Source: Vicugna vicugna (taxonomy: Eukaryota). Taken from it: 64,000 nt of DNA. A model generated the notes under the pieces. It searched no databases. It had not been told where the DNA came from and worked only from the letters and a program-made list of their open reading frames with translations. The position numbers and the translations under genes are program-made. Position 1 is the first letter of the stretch; each line of letters begins with the position of its first letter. This document shows, piece by piece, positions 10,001-22,885 of this stretch. The stretch covers positions 3,443,462 through 3,507,461 of the forward strand of contig MU062811.1 in NCBI GenBank assembly GCA_013265495.1, in the 5' to 3' direction.

Positions 10001-12800
10001 TGGTCAACCCCAGCTAGACAACAGTCCACCAAAAGGGGTGGGAGTGGGTCCTCAGGAAAATTGGGAGACTTTTACCAGAAGAAGAAGAAATGGATGATGG
10101 ACCAGTAAACAAACAAAACATACTCCATGCCCAGAGAAGCAATCTCTTTGGGGACATTCTAGACAAAACAAACAAACAAACAAACAGGAAACCCTGACCC
10201 CTGTTTGAGTGTCTCCAGGACACAGGGGATTCCCTCCACCCACTCTCAATCCAGGCGTCTCCCTGACCTCCTCCTCCTTTCTCTACATCCAGAGCCAGAA
10301 GAGGCGCTGAGTGAACACACTAGACAGAAGCAGCTCATCGAGAAAAAATTTGGAACCATGACTGAGAAGTAAGGAGACATGAAGGGAGGCAAGGCCTCAG
10401 GTCTAAGGGGAGTAGTCTGGGGGCCTGACCACTGGGCTGGCAGGGGAAGGGGCACTGCCCACCTCTCTGGAAGCAGAGCACTAAGGCTTATGGGACGTGG
10501 TGACCTTGAGTGGCTTCTGCTCACCCTGAGTCATCTTGTGCCATCAAGTGAATCCTCCCAGCAGCACCTAAAGGGCCATGAGAGCCCCTATGAGCCTGAC
10601 CACCCGGGGCAGGGGCAGTGGCGAGATGCTGGAGGAATGGGAGTTCTGCTCACTTTTTTACTCGAGCAGCATCCCTGATCCTTGCTCTGGGCTAGGTTCT
10701 GTGATGACTCCAGAGACCCAAAGAGGACACAATTGGCACCTGCCTGTGAGGGCCCCACCTCTGTAGACTGAGCTGGGCCACGGAGGGCTGGTGGGCTTCA
10801 GCTGGGTGGAGGGAAGAGGACGGTGGGTTGGGGATCAGCTTAGGTAAATGCAGGGGAGGCAGATGGTCAGCAGCCCTTCCTGTCAACGTGAGCGGCCGGC
10901 TGGGCCAGGACTCCTGGGGATGCGTGGCTGTGCTCATGGCTGGGGGGTCCTTGGCGCAGACTCCTGGCCCCTGCTGTCAGGCCTGGCTCCCCAGAGAGCC
11001 TTCTTCCTGAAAGCTGGGCCCACCCCACCGCATCCAGACTGGCTCCAAACCCGACAGCTGGCACCCTCCAGGTTCTGCTCACCCACCAACAGAGCTCAAG
11101 CCCCAAGGCCTCCATGATCATGGCAGCTGCTACTACCCCGTCGCATCCTGGTTTTACCCACAGCATCACACATACGTGCCCTTCCTCAGGCCTTTGCCCA
11201 CACTGTTCTCTCCGCCTGCAATGTTTTCTGGCTGCCGACAGACACCAGGCTCAAGTGATTAAGAGTTAGAAGAGCTGAGTTCCAATCCTGCTTGTTTCAC
11301 CTCCTGTCCTCCCTCCAGGTTCCAGCTCCTTGGCCCTCAGCCTGGTCTGGATCCTTGGCACCTCTGTGATACCTGCCGTGGGGGTTTCTTGGCCTCTGGT
11401 CTCTTCTCCACTGGTCCACCTCCACCTCCACTGAGAGTGTCTTTGGTTTGCTGTGGTTTGGTTTGTTCTCATCTTTTTTTTCCCCTTTCTTTTTCTTTTT
11501 ATTGACTTAAAGAGTGATCTTTGTTGGAAGAAGTTTTGGCCTTTTCTGCCTTCCCTGCAGGGGCTCCTGCCTCCCTTAGTTTAAGGGTCAGGTGCCTTGC
11601 TGTGACCTTCCCTGGATGTCTCCACCTTCAATTCATCCGTTCTCTAAAACCTCCCTCCCTGAGGCCCACCTCAGCCCCCAGATCACTCCCCACTGTTCAC
11701 AGACCTGGAGCACCAGGAGCCCTGTCTGAGCTCAGCAAACACTCAAAGTCAGCTCAGCGGCACTTCCTCCAGAAACCTTTCCTCACCCCCAGTACTGGGG
11801 GAGGCTTCCTCCTCTGGGCCCCTCAGTGCTCCGTGTTCACACTTATCACAGGTGTAAACATGCTTGGTTTGCTTTCCTGGCTCCGCCACAGACTGAGCTT
11901 CTCCAGGGCAGGGGCTGTTTCTCGCTCATTTCTACATCCTTGGCACACCTGGCAATGTTCATTGATTTCGGTGTTATCTGATGGACCGATTGATAAGACA
12001 AATTGGCAGCAAAGGAGTTAATGAATGGGTAGTCCATGAGGGTGACGTTTAGGTAAGGGGTGGGCGTGTGGGGCCAGGGAAGAGCAGGTGGATGGGAGTA
12101 TGGATGAGTGAGGGAAAGTGTTGCGTGGTCTGACGGGTGAGTGAATAGCTAAACAGATGGGTGGGTGGGTGGGTAGGTGGCTGAGTGGGTGCATGAGTCA
12201 GTAGGGGGTAGCTGAAGGGGCAGCAGGTGGGTGGACTGATGGAGGGTTGGGTGATTGGAAGGTAAACAGTTAATCGTCAGAATCTGCTGTGGTCCAGACA
12301 GATGGTGGGGCCAGGGAAGGGCCACACACAGAAACATGGTGGCCGTGGATGGAAAGGAAGCCCTAGGGTAATGTAAGTTGGGAGGAACGGGGCAAGCAAG
12401 AAGAACTGTCTGGGGGGCTCTGGGGCTCTGGGGACCAAGATGGCCCAGCCAGGCAGGTCCACCCAGTCAGGGCTCTGCCTCGCTCCCTTCCCAGGCAGCA
12501 GGAGCTCCTGTTCCACTTCCTGCAGCTGGCGGCTGGGGTGGAGCATTACCAGCAGAAATTCCGCTCCCAGGCAGCTGTCATTGATGAGATTGTGGACACC
12601 GCATTTGAGGTGAACCAGGCACCCGATGGGAGGAGCCAGAGGGAGGGGGAGGACAAAGGAAGGCCAGGCTTCAGGGGCTTGTGCCCAGAAGTGGCCTTGA
12701 GTCACAGTCCCGTGGGCATTGGGAAAGGCCGAGGCCTGCTCTGTCCCCATCATCTCCTGCCCCATTTCTGCAGGCTGGCGAAGAGGACTTCAGGAGGTGA
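1028..12800 (+). CDS. CATSPER1: Cation channel sperm-associated protein 1, 12 coding exons: 1028-2075, 2971-3183, 3892-4005, 4175-4334, 4646-4737, 4886-5029, 5194-5257, 5422-5494, 5632-5692, 10293-10368, 12495-12609, 12774-12800. About 728 aa if the two exon-1 indels are corrected.
   Basis: Starts [18 protein letters not shown] (human MDQNSVPEKAQNEADTNN, recalled). Long His-rich N-terminus, six-TM region ([15 protein letters not shown]; [11 protein letters not shown]; S4 [21 protein letters not shown]), pore motif TLDDW, C-terminus AGEEDFRR* with TGA at 12798-12800. All introns are GT-AG and phases join; exon lengths sum to 2187 nt. As assembled, exon 1 has +1 and -1 indels (see findings). 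Confidence 0.97.
6300..9610 (+). mobile_element. Rearranged LINE-1 in CATSPER1 intron 9: 5'UTR (~6300-7280), degenerate ORF1 (7283-8171), inverted ORF2 pieces (~8226-8520 and ~8580-9115), sense 3' end with poly(A) (~9181-9610)
   Basis: ORF1 peptides [53 protein letters not shown]. Minus-strand ORF2 C-terminus [25 protein letters not shown]1 3'UTR atggatggacttggagggcattatgctaagtgaaataag to an A-rich tail. The 5' boundary is approximate. Confidence 0.9.
7403..7451. other. Assembly gap (49 N) within L1 ORF1
   Basis: Run of n in the sequence. Confidence 1.
9640..10010. mobile_element. Old MaLR (MLT1-type) LTR remnant
   Basis: ctttcaggaatggctggatccagg and ctgattggccaggcttgagtcacatgtcc resemble MLT1J/K-type LTR motifs; recognised from memory. 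Confidence 0.5.
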
Positions 12801-14169
12801 CCCTGGAAAGGCAGCCGCGTCAGACTTCAGCCCGTGGCAGGCTGCCCAGCCGGTGGGTCGGGACAAGATAGGCTTGAAAGATTGTTGGGCCTGCAGGGAT
12901 GGGCCCCAACAGAGTTTTAAAACCCCAGGTGGCTCTGCATCCTCACTGGCCGGGCCGAGGCACAGGGCAAGGGGTCTGGGGCGCAGGCAGGCGTGTGCAG
13001 ACTTGAGTGTGTGTGTGCGCGGGAGTGTTGCAGGTGAAAGGCTCTGTTCTTGGATTCCCCTGTGGTCCCGCCAGAGCCTAGCCCGTGCCTCGGCAGCAGC
13101 CAGAGGTGTGCCGTGGAAAGGGGGCCAGGCTCAGTGCTGGAGGGAGTGCTGGCCGTCACCCTGCTTTGGGGAAGAAGGCCGGTCTGGCTCAAGAGACAGG
13201 AGGAAAAGAACAGGCTGGGACAGCCTACAGTTCTCAGGACTTGGGGGGCCAGGAGGCCCAAAGCCTAGGAACTTAAGACTACTAGCACCCTCAGCAACCA
13301 GTATAAAGGTGCCAACTCAATGGTGATGCCCAGAGGTCAGAGGTCAGAGGTCATTGCCATACCTTGCCTGGTCTGGAGCCTCAGTGAGGTGGGAGTGGGG
13401 AGGCTGCTCAAGTCCTCCTGGCCTCCAGGTGGCGGCCTGGGTGGGGCGTGTGTGGCATGGAGGTGCCTCTGTTAGAGGGAAGACAGGATGAGGCTGACTG
13501 TTGAAGGCTGAGGGGTGACAGACTGTTTTCCCAGCCACCCCTCTGGCCGCCAGTCTGGACCAGACAGTGGTGAAGTCTCCCTGGCCGAGCCGAGGGTGCG
13601 GGCTGGCCCAGGGCCTGGGAATAGACTGTGCAAAGGAAATGCCGTCTGGGATTTGGGCACAGACTCCAGGGGTGGAGAGGCCACCTGGCAAAGATCTCCA
13701 GGCCTCGCCTCACCCCACCACCTCACACATTCACTCAACAAGCATTTCCTGCCACTTACCCTGTACCAGCCATGCAGGCGGCTCCAGCCTGGTGCCCGTG
13801 GGAGCCCTCCCCGCAGCAGCCCCGCCTCAGGCCCCTGGGTTGTCTGCGCAGCCACCTCTGACAGGCTTGAGCAGACGTGTGGCTGGAGGGGTTCCCCTCC
13901 ATCCCTGACTCCTGGCAAACTCAGCCCCTCGGGCTTCCAAGTGAGAGTCAGTTTATTTTCCACCTCCCCATCCCCATCCTGTATGGCCTCCGAGGGCTCT
14001 AGAGGATTGGAGCTGGGGCTGTTCCTCGTTAAGTCGCAGCATTGGGCGGGGAACCAGCCAGGCATGAAGGGAGCATGAGGCCTGGCCCCCTCGGTCTGCC
14101 TGCCAGGGCCTGATGCTGTCCACACCTCAGGCTCCCACCGGATCCAGTTACTGCCTTTCCTGTCCCAGG

Positions 14170-14405
14170 TGTGGGTGTGCGTTTGTGTACCTGCAGGACA
14201 GCTCTGGGTGGGGGGATGTGGGTGCCTGGGGCTGTGAGAGGGGGATCTGTGTATACAACTCCAGGTTGTCCCTATGGGCGGGGTTGTTGCTTCTGTGTGT
14301 TTGTGTCTGCTTCCGGGTTGCATTATGTGTGTGGTGGTTTTCTGGATGTATGTGTGGTGTCTGGGAGCAATCTGAGTGTGTGTGGTGGGTTTGTGTGTGT
14401 GCAGT
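14170..14405. repeat. GT-rich low-complexity tract
   Basis: Interrupted (GT)n/(GGT) runs over about 230 nt. Confidence 0.7.
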
Positions 14406-14465
14406 AAATATTAATTCCAGCCACAAATTCAGGTGCCCATAAAAATGTTCCAGCTCTGTTTTCTA

Positions 14466-14595
14466 ATTTATTTTTTTTGGTGGGGGAAGAGGGGTAATTA
14501 GGTTTATTTATTTTTAATGGAGGTACTAGGGATTGAACCCAGGACCTCATGCATGCTAAGCACACCCTCTGTCACTGAGATCTACCCTTCCCCTC
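14466..14595 (-). mobile_element. tRNA-Ala-derived camelid-type SINE
   Basis: Reverse of gggaagggtagatctcagtgacagagggtgtgcttagcatgcatgaggtcctgggttcaatccctagtacctccattaaaa. Confidence 0.85.
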
Positions 14596-15279
14596 CAGCT
14601 CTGTTTTCTTTAAATGACATTAAAGTGCATCTATCCCCTCATCCCTCCTGTGGACAGTGAATTTGACCTCAGTCCTCTTAGGGCTCCCTGCCCACCCCTT
14701 CCAGGGTCTTGCACAGGACAAAGCATTGGGGGTCCTTCTGGCATGTGGCCCACTGTGCACTTGAGAGCCACTGTCCCAGCCCTCGTGGTCTCTTGGCCTG
14801 CAGGGCCTCTGCCATATCTAGGTCACATGCTGGTGTAAGAATCTCATCAGCTGAGAGCTCGATGTCCTGGGGCCCGGCTGGCTGAACCCCCAACATGCCA
14901 CTCGGAGTCATCCTGGCAGCTGATGGGGAGCAGAGTTCAAGCACTCTGCAGAGTTTTCGCTGGCTCCTGTCCCTTCCCAGTCAGGGCATCATCCATCCCC
15001 TTTGACGTCCTCTCCCCACCCTTAGCTGAGAATTTTGGGAGTCTCTGGAGGTTCATTCCTCTGTGCAGCTGAGGTGTTTGGGGGACTCCAAATTTGGGAA
15101 ATGAACCTTGCACCCTTAGCACTGTCTGGGCTGGGACAGCAGAGGCTCTGCTGCAGGTGGTTTGGGCACCCTGTCAGCTGGAGGGGTTGCTGAGAGCTGC
15201 TGAGAGTGGGACTGGGGGACAGGAGGAGAAGAGGAGTGAAGCACTCAGAAGAGACCAATGCAAGAAGCAATGCTAGCCA

Positions 15280-15285
15280 TTTATT
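15280..15285 (-). terminator. AATAAA polyadenylation signal of CST6
   Basis: tttatt on the + strand, about 100 nt past the CST6 stop. Confidence 0.8.
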
Positions 15286-15386
15286 GCAACAGATATGGTC
15301 CAGGGACCTGAAGTGCCCTCCACCGATGCGCCCGCTCCTGCCCAGTCCCGCCCACTCCCTCCCTCCCCTAGGCCCACAGAGGTCTC

Positions 15387-16671
15387 CTACACAGGCACAC
15401 AGTTGTGCTTCAGAAGGCGGGAGGAGTTCTGCCAGGGAACCATGAGGATCTCAAAGTCACAGCGCAGCTTCTGCAGACAGAGAATGAGGAAAGGAGGGTT
15501 AGCCTGGTCCCAGGCCCGCCTCCTCCCAACTGTCAGCCCCGTGCCAGTCACATTTCCCTGTGACGTGCTGGCCCAAGGGACATCGAGTCGGATGGCCAAG
15601 ACCAGATGCCAAATCTTTCTAGTGAACCCCCTCCCTCCAGGGGAAGCCCCCAGGCTTCTCCTCTTGGTACCCCACCCCAGCATCAGGGGCTGAGTCATCC
15701 AGAAGGAAGGGACAGGTCCAGCCAGACCAGTTCAGGACCCAAGTGCTGGCAGGACAGGCTGATGCCTGGCTCAGGGCAGGGCTGTTACCTCCTGCTGTGC
15801 TTCTGCAGCCAGAGGGCAGATGGTGAGGTCTATGTGGTCTCCAGCCATTGCGTTCTTCTGGCAGGCTGTGCTTCCCATCTCCACAGTCAGGTAGTACTTG
15901 ATGCCAGCCACCAGCTGGGACGGAGGGTGGGGACCAGTCAGGGGTGCTGGGAGACAACCCTTGACCTGGACCTCTCCCCTCTCTCCATATCCTTCCATCT
16001 CCCCTCATCTTCCCCGGACATAACCAGCACACTGGCCTTGGGATTCAGATCTGGGATGCATGTGGGGACAGGAATGGGTGGGGAGGGATGACAGGGAGTT
16101 CTGGTGGGGACCCCTGAGAAGTGGGGAAATCCAGGAGGCTGAGATTCAAGTCCACACAGCGGCCTGTCTCTCATCATTCTCTCCCCAAACCCACCCATCA
16201 GAGCAGGGAGGCTAGTGAGGTAGCTGTGCAAATTCAGGGTTGGATCCTATTTGGGATATCTTGTTCATCACGAATTTTTGGCATTAATTGGACTTTCCAC
16301 AATATATTGTATTAAAATGTCATCCTGATCACTCTCGTGTCGCCCAGACGTTGATCTGGTGCCCCGCTGAGTGCCTCCCTCGCCTCACCCCAGCGCCCCG
16401 CCTCCCCTCCTGCCCGGTCCCGCCGGAGGGGCCGCACCTGGCTCTGCGCCCGGAGGATGTTGGTATCGCGGAAGTAGTAGACGCTGTTGCTGCCCATGTT
16501 GTAGTTGGCCACGGCCACCTGCACCGCCTTCTGCACCTGCGGGTCGCTGGGCGACAGTTCCTGGCGTTCTCCGACCTTGCGGTCCCCTGGCCGGGCATCG
16601 CTGGGCAGCGCCAGGAGGCAGAGCGCGAGCAGGGCCAGCCCCAGCGGCAGCAGGAGGCTCGGACGCGCCAT
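15387..16671 (-). CDS. CST6: Cystatin E/M, exons 16438-16671, 15789-15914, 15387-15470; 147 aa
   Basis: Signal peptide [22 protein letters not shown]; [11 protein letters not shown] (legumain-binding Asn region); QLVAG (QxVxG) across the exon 1/2 junction; VPW; N-glycan sequon NSS; four Cys. GT-AG introns, phase 0. Confidence 0.97.
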
Positions 16672-16850
16672 GATCGTCGGTGTCTGGCCTCCGCCTCGGC
16701 CCGCGCCGCTTTTACGGGCTCCGGGCTCCGCGGCCCCGCCCGCCGCCCGCCGTGCGCCCCCGCAGCCGGGCAGGGGAGGGACCGCTGGGGCTGGGCAGTC
16801 CTCTCGGCGGGGCTGTGCCCTGGCGCCAAGGGCGACAGCGGACAGGCGCA
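16330..16850 (-). promoter_or_regulatory. CpG island over the CST6 promoter and exon 1
   Basis: Very high CpG/GC density; GC boxes and a weak TATA-like gtaaaag upstream of the ATG on the minus strand. Confidence 0.7.
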
Positions 16851-17029
16851 AGCACACCTGGGTACTACGATGCTGCCTGCTCTCCAGGGCACACCTAGTC
16901 CGGGGAGGGAAAAGCCAGCGACAGTCCTTAGCAACAAGTGCCCCGACTGGGGCAGTTCACCGAGGCCCATGCAGTATGAAATACCAACAACCACCAGCAG
17001 GCTCTTACTGTCGCCATCATCTACTAACC

Positions 17030-17130
17030 GGGTAACCTTGGAGAAGTTACTAAACTCTCACTACCTCAGTTTCCTTCTCTGTAAAATGGGTTGCTGTGAG
17101 GATTCAATAAGTAAAGTGCTTAGGGGAGGC
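17030..17130 (+). mobile_element. MIR SINE fragment
   Basis: accttggagaagttactaaactctcactacctcagtttccttctctgtaaaatggg. Confidence 0.7.
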
Positions 17131-18612
17131 CTGGTGCTCTATAAACAGCAGGCAAGTAGAAGGCATTACTGTGCTGAGCCACTGTTTAACGCCCACCACC
17201 AGCATGATGTGGGAATCAGTAAAGCTTCCACTTTACAGAGGCTTAAACAGGACACAAAGTGAACGTTGAGAACTGACCAGAAGGAGGGATGTACATGGTA
17301 CCAGCTCTGCCATTCACTGCTTGGGGGACTTCAGTGTCCTCATCTGAAGAAAGGACACTATTCTTGTCTTCTAAGGTTATGATGACATATTGGCCCAAGA
17401 CTGGGTCACTCCTAGGTAAACTGGGCATGTGTTGGAGATACCAGCAAAATAGGGCTATGACTTTTGGGGGGGAGTAGTCTGACAATTAGGATATTAAAAA
17501 ACAGCATTGAAGTAGTCAACACTGGAAAAGTCTGGATTTTATTGGAATTGTTTAGAATTAGTATTTCAGAGTTCAGGGTAGTCTGCACTTTTAATCACAT
17601 ATTGCTAGGGGAGATGGGGCTTTTTGCTCTTGGGACATGAAGATCTAGTTAGTGGTTAGGGCCTCCAAGGATCTTAACTGGGGCTTGGGAGAGGCTGTGG
17701 TTTTCAGTGTTGACGTTTAGCAAGTGGTAGCTATTATTGTGATGAGTATTATGAGTAAGCAGCCAGTATTCCTCCCCCCACCTGCCCCCACACCCACCAA
17801 TTCTTGGCCTCTCAGAATCCCAGGACCAGGAAAGGCAGTGATTTCTCCCTGGGAGACTGGAACCAGAATGTTGTCACAGCCCAGTCCAGCTGCTACCCCA
17901 CCCCCTCAGCCCAGCTGGGAAAAACAGTCTGGGGATGCCAAGGAGCAGCCACAAGTTTGTCGCAGGCTCAGGTGTCTGCCTTAAAGGGACAGGCCCATTC
18001 GTGCGAAAGCTGGTAAAAGCTTGGCTTGGTGAGAAGGCCAGGGCCAGGCAGGAGCCCGACCTGAGAGAAGCTGGGAGTGGAGAAGAGTAAGAGGTCCAGG
18101 GCCGCAGTACTGGGGAGAGGTGGGAGAGGCAGCCCCAAGGGACTGGGAGCCTCCTTGGGTTCTCCGTGTCAGCCCTCCTGTCCGTTGGAACTCAGCTATG
18201 GCCACACTTACCTCCAATAGCTCCGTGAGAAATTACCTGAGGCCCAGTCTCCAACTCACCAAGGGCCAGGGGGTCCCCAGATCACTTGCCCCTGCCCTGT
18301 CATTCCTTTGTGCTAACACCAATAAATCTTTTGCACACCAACCTAAAAATTTCCAAAGCCTTTTCACCCACTGATCTATTCTCACAAGCATCCTGAGTAC
18401 TAATCATCATCCTCATTTTGCAGATGAAGAAAGTTAATCAGATAGGTCAGGACACTTGTCTGAGATCACATAACTAGAAGTGGGGTCTTGGTGAGAAAAG
18501 AGGGATGGGGAAGGGAAGTTAATTCCTGGGCTCTGATACGTGCCAGGCCTTGTACCAAGGACTCAACATATGTCCTCTCATCCTTATAACAACTCTGTAG
18601 AAGCAGTGATTT

Positions 18613-18680
18613 TATATATATATATATATACACACACACATACATGCACACACACATATATTTTATACACACACACACAC
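18613..18680. repeat. Compound (TA)n(CA)n microsatellite
   Basis: tatatatatatatatacacacacacatacatgcacacacac... seen directly. Confidence 0.9.
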
Positions 18681-20914
18681 GCACTTTTTTTTTTACAAGG
18701 AGGAAATGGAGGGTCAAAGGAGAAGGGTAAGTGGTGGGCCAACATCCTAGTGTGTGAGTTCTGGGCTGCCCCACAGGGATATGAGGTCTGCTGTGATGAG
18801 GGAGGCTCCCTGGGGGTGGGGGTGCCCTGGGAAAACTGGGTCTTATCTGGAAAAGTCTTAGCCTGGACTCTGTCCATCCTTAGTCTGGACCACTCTGGCT
18901 TCCAGAAGTAGGCCTGGGCCAGGTGTGAGCTCAGGTTGGCCATCCTCACTGGCCACCAGGCACAGCCTCCAGTTTTGCCATGGCCCCGCCATCCCAACCT
19001 GGTTTCCCATCGCACCCGTCCCCTGCCCGTGGCTGATGGGCCTCGCTGACCAGGGTGGGTCCTTGGCATCCCCTTCACCCTGGGATCTGGTCATCTAGTA
19101 CTTTCGCTGCTCCCAGGGCCGTCTTCCTTGAAAGTTTGGCTGGGCCACGATATTCCCTCCCCAGGGCTCTGCTCCCCTTTCCCTGTCGGACCACATCCTG
19201 GACAGGGAACTGGATGGCAAGGAAAGCTGCGATACAACCGTGAGTCAAGCTGCTCTCTGTGGAGGAGCTCCCCCAGGTGCCAGGGGCTTCACGTTCATTA
19301 GCTGGTTGAATCTTCACAAGGCCACACCAGCTGACAGAGGCTCAGGGCAGTGAAACCACTTGCTCAGGGTCACGCAGGGAGGAAAGAAGGAACTGAGAGC
19401 AGAAACAGGACTCTTGCAGGCTACTGTCAGTCAAGGCCAGAAATAACAGTAGGAAGAGCCCTGGGTCCCTGCAGGGAGGAGGCAACGTGGAAGGGGCTGA
19501 TAGTCCTGAACGTGGACTGTGAGCCTTTCACACCCTCTGGGCTGCAACTGGGTTGGGGTGGGGAAGTGAGTCTTCGGCTGGGATTCATCCCGTAGTTTCC
19601 CCCTATTTCTTTCCCAGGGGCAGCAGGACCCCTTCAGGACCCCGGAGTGCAGGGGTTGGGTTCACCCCAAGCTTTGGGCCAGATCTGCACACTTGAGAAA
19701 GACTGACTCGGGGGTCCAGCTCTGGCTGGGTGCAGCAGAAGTAGGGGGACACTGAGTCAATCTTTACTGACTTCTGGCCCCACCCATGCTTCCAGCCATG
19801 CACGTCCTGTTGGGAGGCGTGGGCTGACATCTAGATAACCTGCCTCCTACCCATCCCCACCCAGGTCTGCTTTCTCCAACATTCCAGGCCTTGCTCCCTT
19901 TGTCCTGCTGGCCGAGTCACGGCTGGGTCTCTGAGAGGCCACCATCACAATGTACATTCCAGATGCCCTTTGTCTCCTGCTGCTCCAGGAGGCAGATTCA
20001 GGAAGTTGATTCAGGAAGTTGTGTGGGAAGCACCAAAGAGCCCGGCCCAAGGGTTCCAGGCCCACCTGTCACAGGTACTGCTGCGCCCAAGGTGGAGGTG
20101 GAAAGCAGGCTGCAGCCCCTTCAGAGCCGAAGCCTGCGGGTGTGGCAGAGAAGAGCCCAGAGTAAGGAGAGCAAGCAGCACGTACCACAGAGCTGTGCCG
20201 GGCAGGCCCCAGGACCAGAGCCACCAGAGGCAAGACCGGGCAATCTGCATGGGCAGGAGCTCCAGAAAGGGCATCATGGAGGAGCAGGGAGTCTCCATGA
20301 CCTCGCAGAGTGCCAGCAGCACTCCGGCACTACCACGGCTGAGGGGGGCGGCTGTGGCCCTGCCCAGCCCACACCTAAGCACACCAGGCCTGTGTGACAG
20401 CAATCACAGCACAAGGGTCAAGGCTCAGGGGACTCCGAGGTGACCCTGGACCCATCCAGGATAACTTCAGAAACATAGTATGGCCAGAACCTTCAAGGAC
20501 AGCCCACATGATCAACTAGGCCTGGGCTTCAGATAGGCACCCTCCCAGGAAGCAGCCTGTAACGCAGGCTGGGCCCAGCTCTGGCCATCCTGCGACCTTC
20601 GGGGGTGGGGGCACCGCTCACACTTCCCAGAACTTGCATGGAACACTCATCCCTACTAACAACTATCATACTTTCTGACTAATCATCTAATTGCTCTATT
20701 TTTATTTTTGGTTTCCCTTTTATCCTTCTACCGTTCTGAGATGTAGCTAATAAACAGAAACGTACCCAGAACAGTCAATGCCTGTATCACCATCACACAG
20801 GTCAAGAAATGGAAACTGCCATTCCCAGCCCCAAATGTTCCCACACGGCACACCTGCCTCCCTCCCCAAAGGCAATCACTATCAACTTTTCTTTTTTTCT
20901 TTTTAAAAATTTTT

Positions 20915-21034
20915 GGGGGAGGTAATCATGTTCATTCACTCCTCTTTTTTTTTTTTTAATGGCAGTACCAGGGATTGAACTCAGGACCTCATGCATGCTA
21001 AGCACGTGCTCTGCTGCTGAGCTATACCCTCCCT
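20915..21034 (-). mobile_element. tRNA-Ala-derived camelid-type SINE
   Basis: Reverse of gggagggtatagctcagcagcagagcacgtgcttagcatgcatgaggtcctgagttcaatccctggtactgccatt(a)n. Confidence 0.85.
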
Positions 21035-22885
21035 GCTTCTTTTTCTTTACTATTGAACGTTGGCTCAGATGCTGGTGCAGGCGCACGAGTGTCCCCATCA
21101 CAGCCCCAGGAACAGAATTGCTGGCTCACAGGGTGGGTCTTTAGTTTTACTGGAAAACACCCAACTGTTTTCTCCAACTGTTTACACCAAATAACACTCC
21201 CACCAGTCGGGTATCAGTTCTTGTTGATCCATTTTATCATCAGCACTTGGTATTGTGAGACTTCAAAATTTTTGCCAATCTTGTGAGTGTGTAATAGCAT
21301 GTTTGTGTTTCTGACCACTACTGTGATTGAGCACATTTTGATGTGTTTTCACCACCATCTGGGTGTTCCTCTATGGCTGCCCTTCAGCTCTTTTTTAGCC
21401 ACTTTCCTGTTGTGCTGTCTTGACTGCAGTTGTGAATATGCTCTGGACACAGCCCTTCGTCATTTACGTGTGCTGCAAATACCCTTCCCCACCTTGGGTC
21501 AGTCTCCTTCCTCTCTTTATGGGAGCCTTAGATGAACAAAGTTTCTATAATGAAGTTAAATTTACTAACTTTTTCTTAATTTTTCCTTACTGTGAGATCA
21601 TGAAAATCTTCTCATCCCAGTTCTAATATTCATCATCCATCATCTCTCTCCTTACCAGACTAGTCCCTCTGAGGAAAATTCTGTAACCAAGTAGGTTTTC
21701 AACGATGCTAGCATTGCATCTGATTCTTACAATAACCTCATTTTCCAGGTGGGAAAACTGAGTCTCAGAGAAGCCAACTGACACGACCAAGGAACACAGT
21801 ACTCTCAGGTACATGTGTTTCCATGTCAAGTTTTTAGAGTCAGTGTGAGTACTTAGTATTAAGTCCATGGTCATGACATTCAGCCTCTCTGAGCCTGTTT
21901 CCTCACCGATAAAAGAGAAAACCATTATTTGCTATTGCAGAAAAAAAGAAAAAGCTTGCAAAGATCTTAGCTGTGGGCCTGGTTCATATAGGTGTTTGAC
22001 AAAGAGCATGACGAAAATGTACCAAATTAAAGGGTAACTCACTCAACACTCCACCCCCAGTTATGACGCCCATGTTCTTCCTGCCTTCCTAAGAAAACAG
22101 GGCAGACTGCAAGAGTCCTGCCCACTCCCCCCAGAGGCCAGGAGGTACCTGCCAATGATGACTGACAGGCAAATCCCTACCCACATCCAGTCCACCCTCT
22201 TCCTGGTAGCTCTGACTCCCACTGACTTTTCCACCAGGTGCTGCCTAGCCCAGCTGATGACCACACTGACATTTGGAACACCACAGCTCATCTGGATCCC
22301 AGGACATGGTCAACCCACATTCTCTCCCACACTATTCAGAGATTGAGACACTCCAAGCACCCGCCTAGGGCCCATGTGGCCAAGGTGGCTGCCCTTTGAG
22401 GAGGCTGCCAGTTTCGATCTGCACTGATAAGGAGTGACAAACCTGGTCAGTCCCGGAGAAACAGGCAACTCCCAGCCCACCTGCTTTCCACGCACAAGAC
22501 CCAGTTATGAAGGCCACTAACTTTATTGATTTAAAAAATTTTACAAGGACAGTGACTGTTCTGCCAAACAGAGGATCAAATGACATAAAACAGACCAGAG
22601 GTGAGGGTGGGCGTGAAGGAAGGGGCCAGGAATCCACTCAGAAAAGCTGGTAATTGCTGACATGAAATTGGCAGGGAGAGAAGGGAAATGCATGCAAGAG
22701 TGAGAATTACAAAAAAGTTGAAATGGTGAGGGGAGAGAACTCCCAAAAGACCCTGGAGTACATCGGAGGTGTGGACGACAACAGCAATCTTTTCCTTTGT
22801 AGAAGACGGAGGAGTAGTCCTCACTTGGCTGCAAACTCTGGAGACTCAAGGCTGGGGCTAGGGATCGGGGTCTCCCCAGAGAGCA

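Noticed and set aside
16288-17262. 324-aa ORF antisense to CST6 exon 1
   Set aside because: Shadow ORF of a CpG island; its 3' part runs through a MIR.
9970-19250. Scattered AP-1 sites (TGAGTCA, e.g. 15691-15697, 19241-19247)
   Set aside because: A 7-mer expected by chance at this frequency; no clustering or conservation evidence available.
19891-20443. Cluster of 130-168 aa ORFs upstream of CST6
   Set aside because: No domain similarity, no consistent exon structure; GC-rich intergenic sequence.
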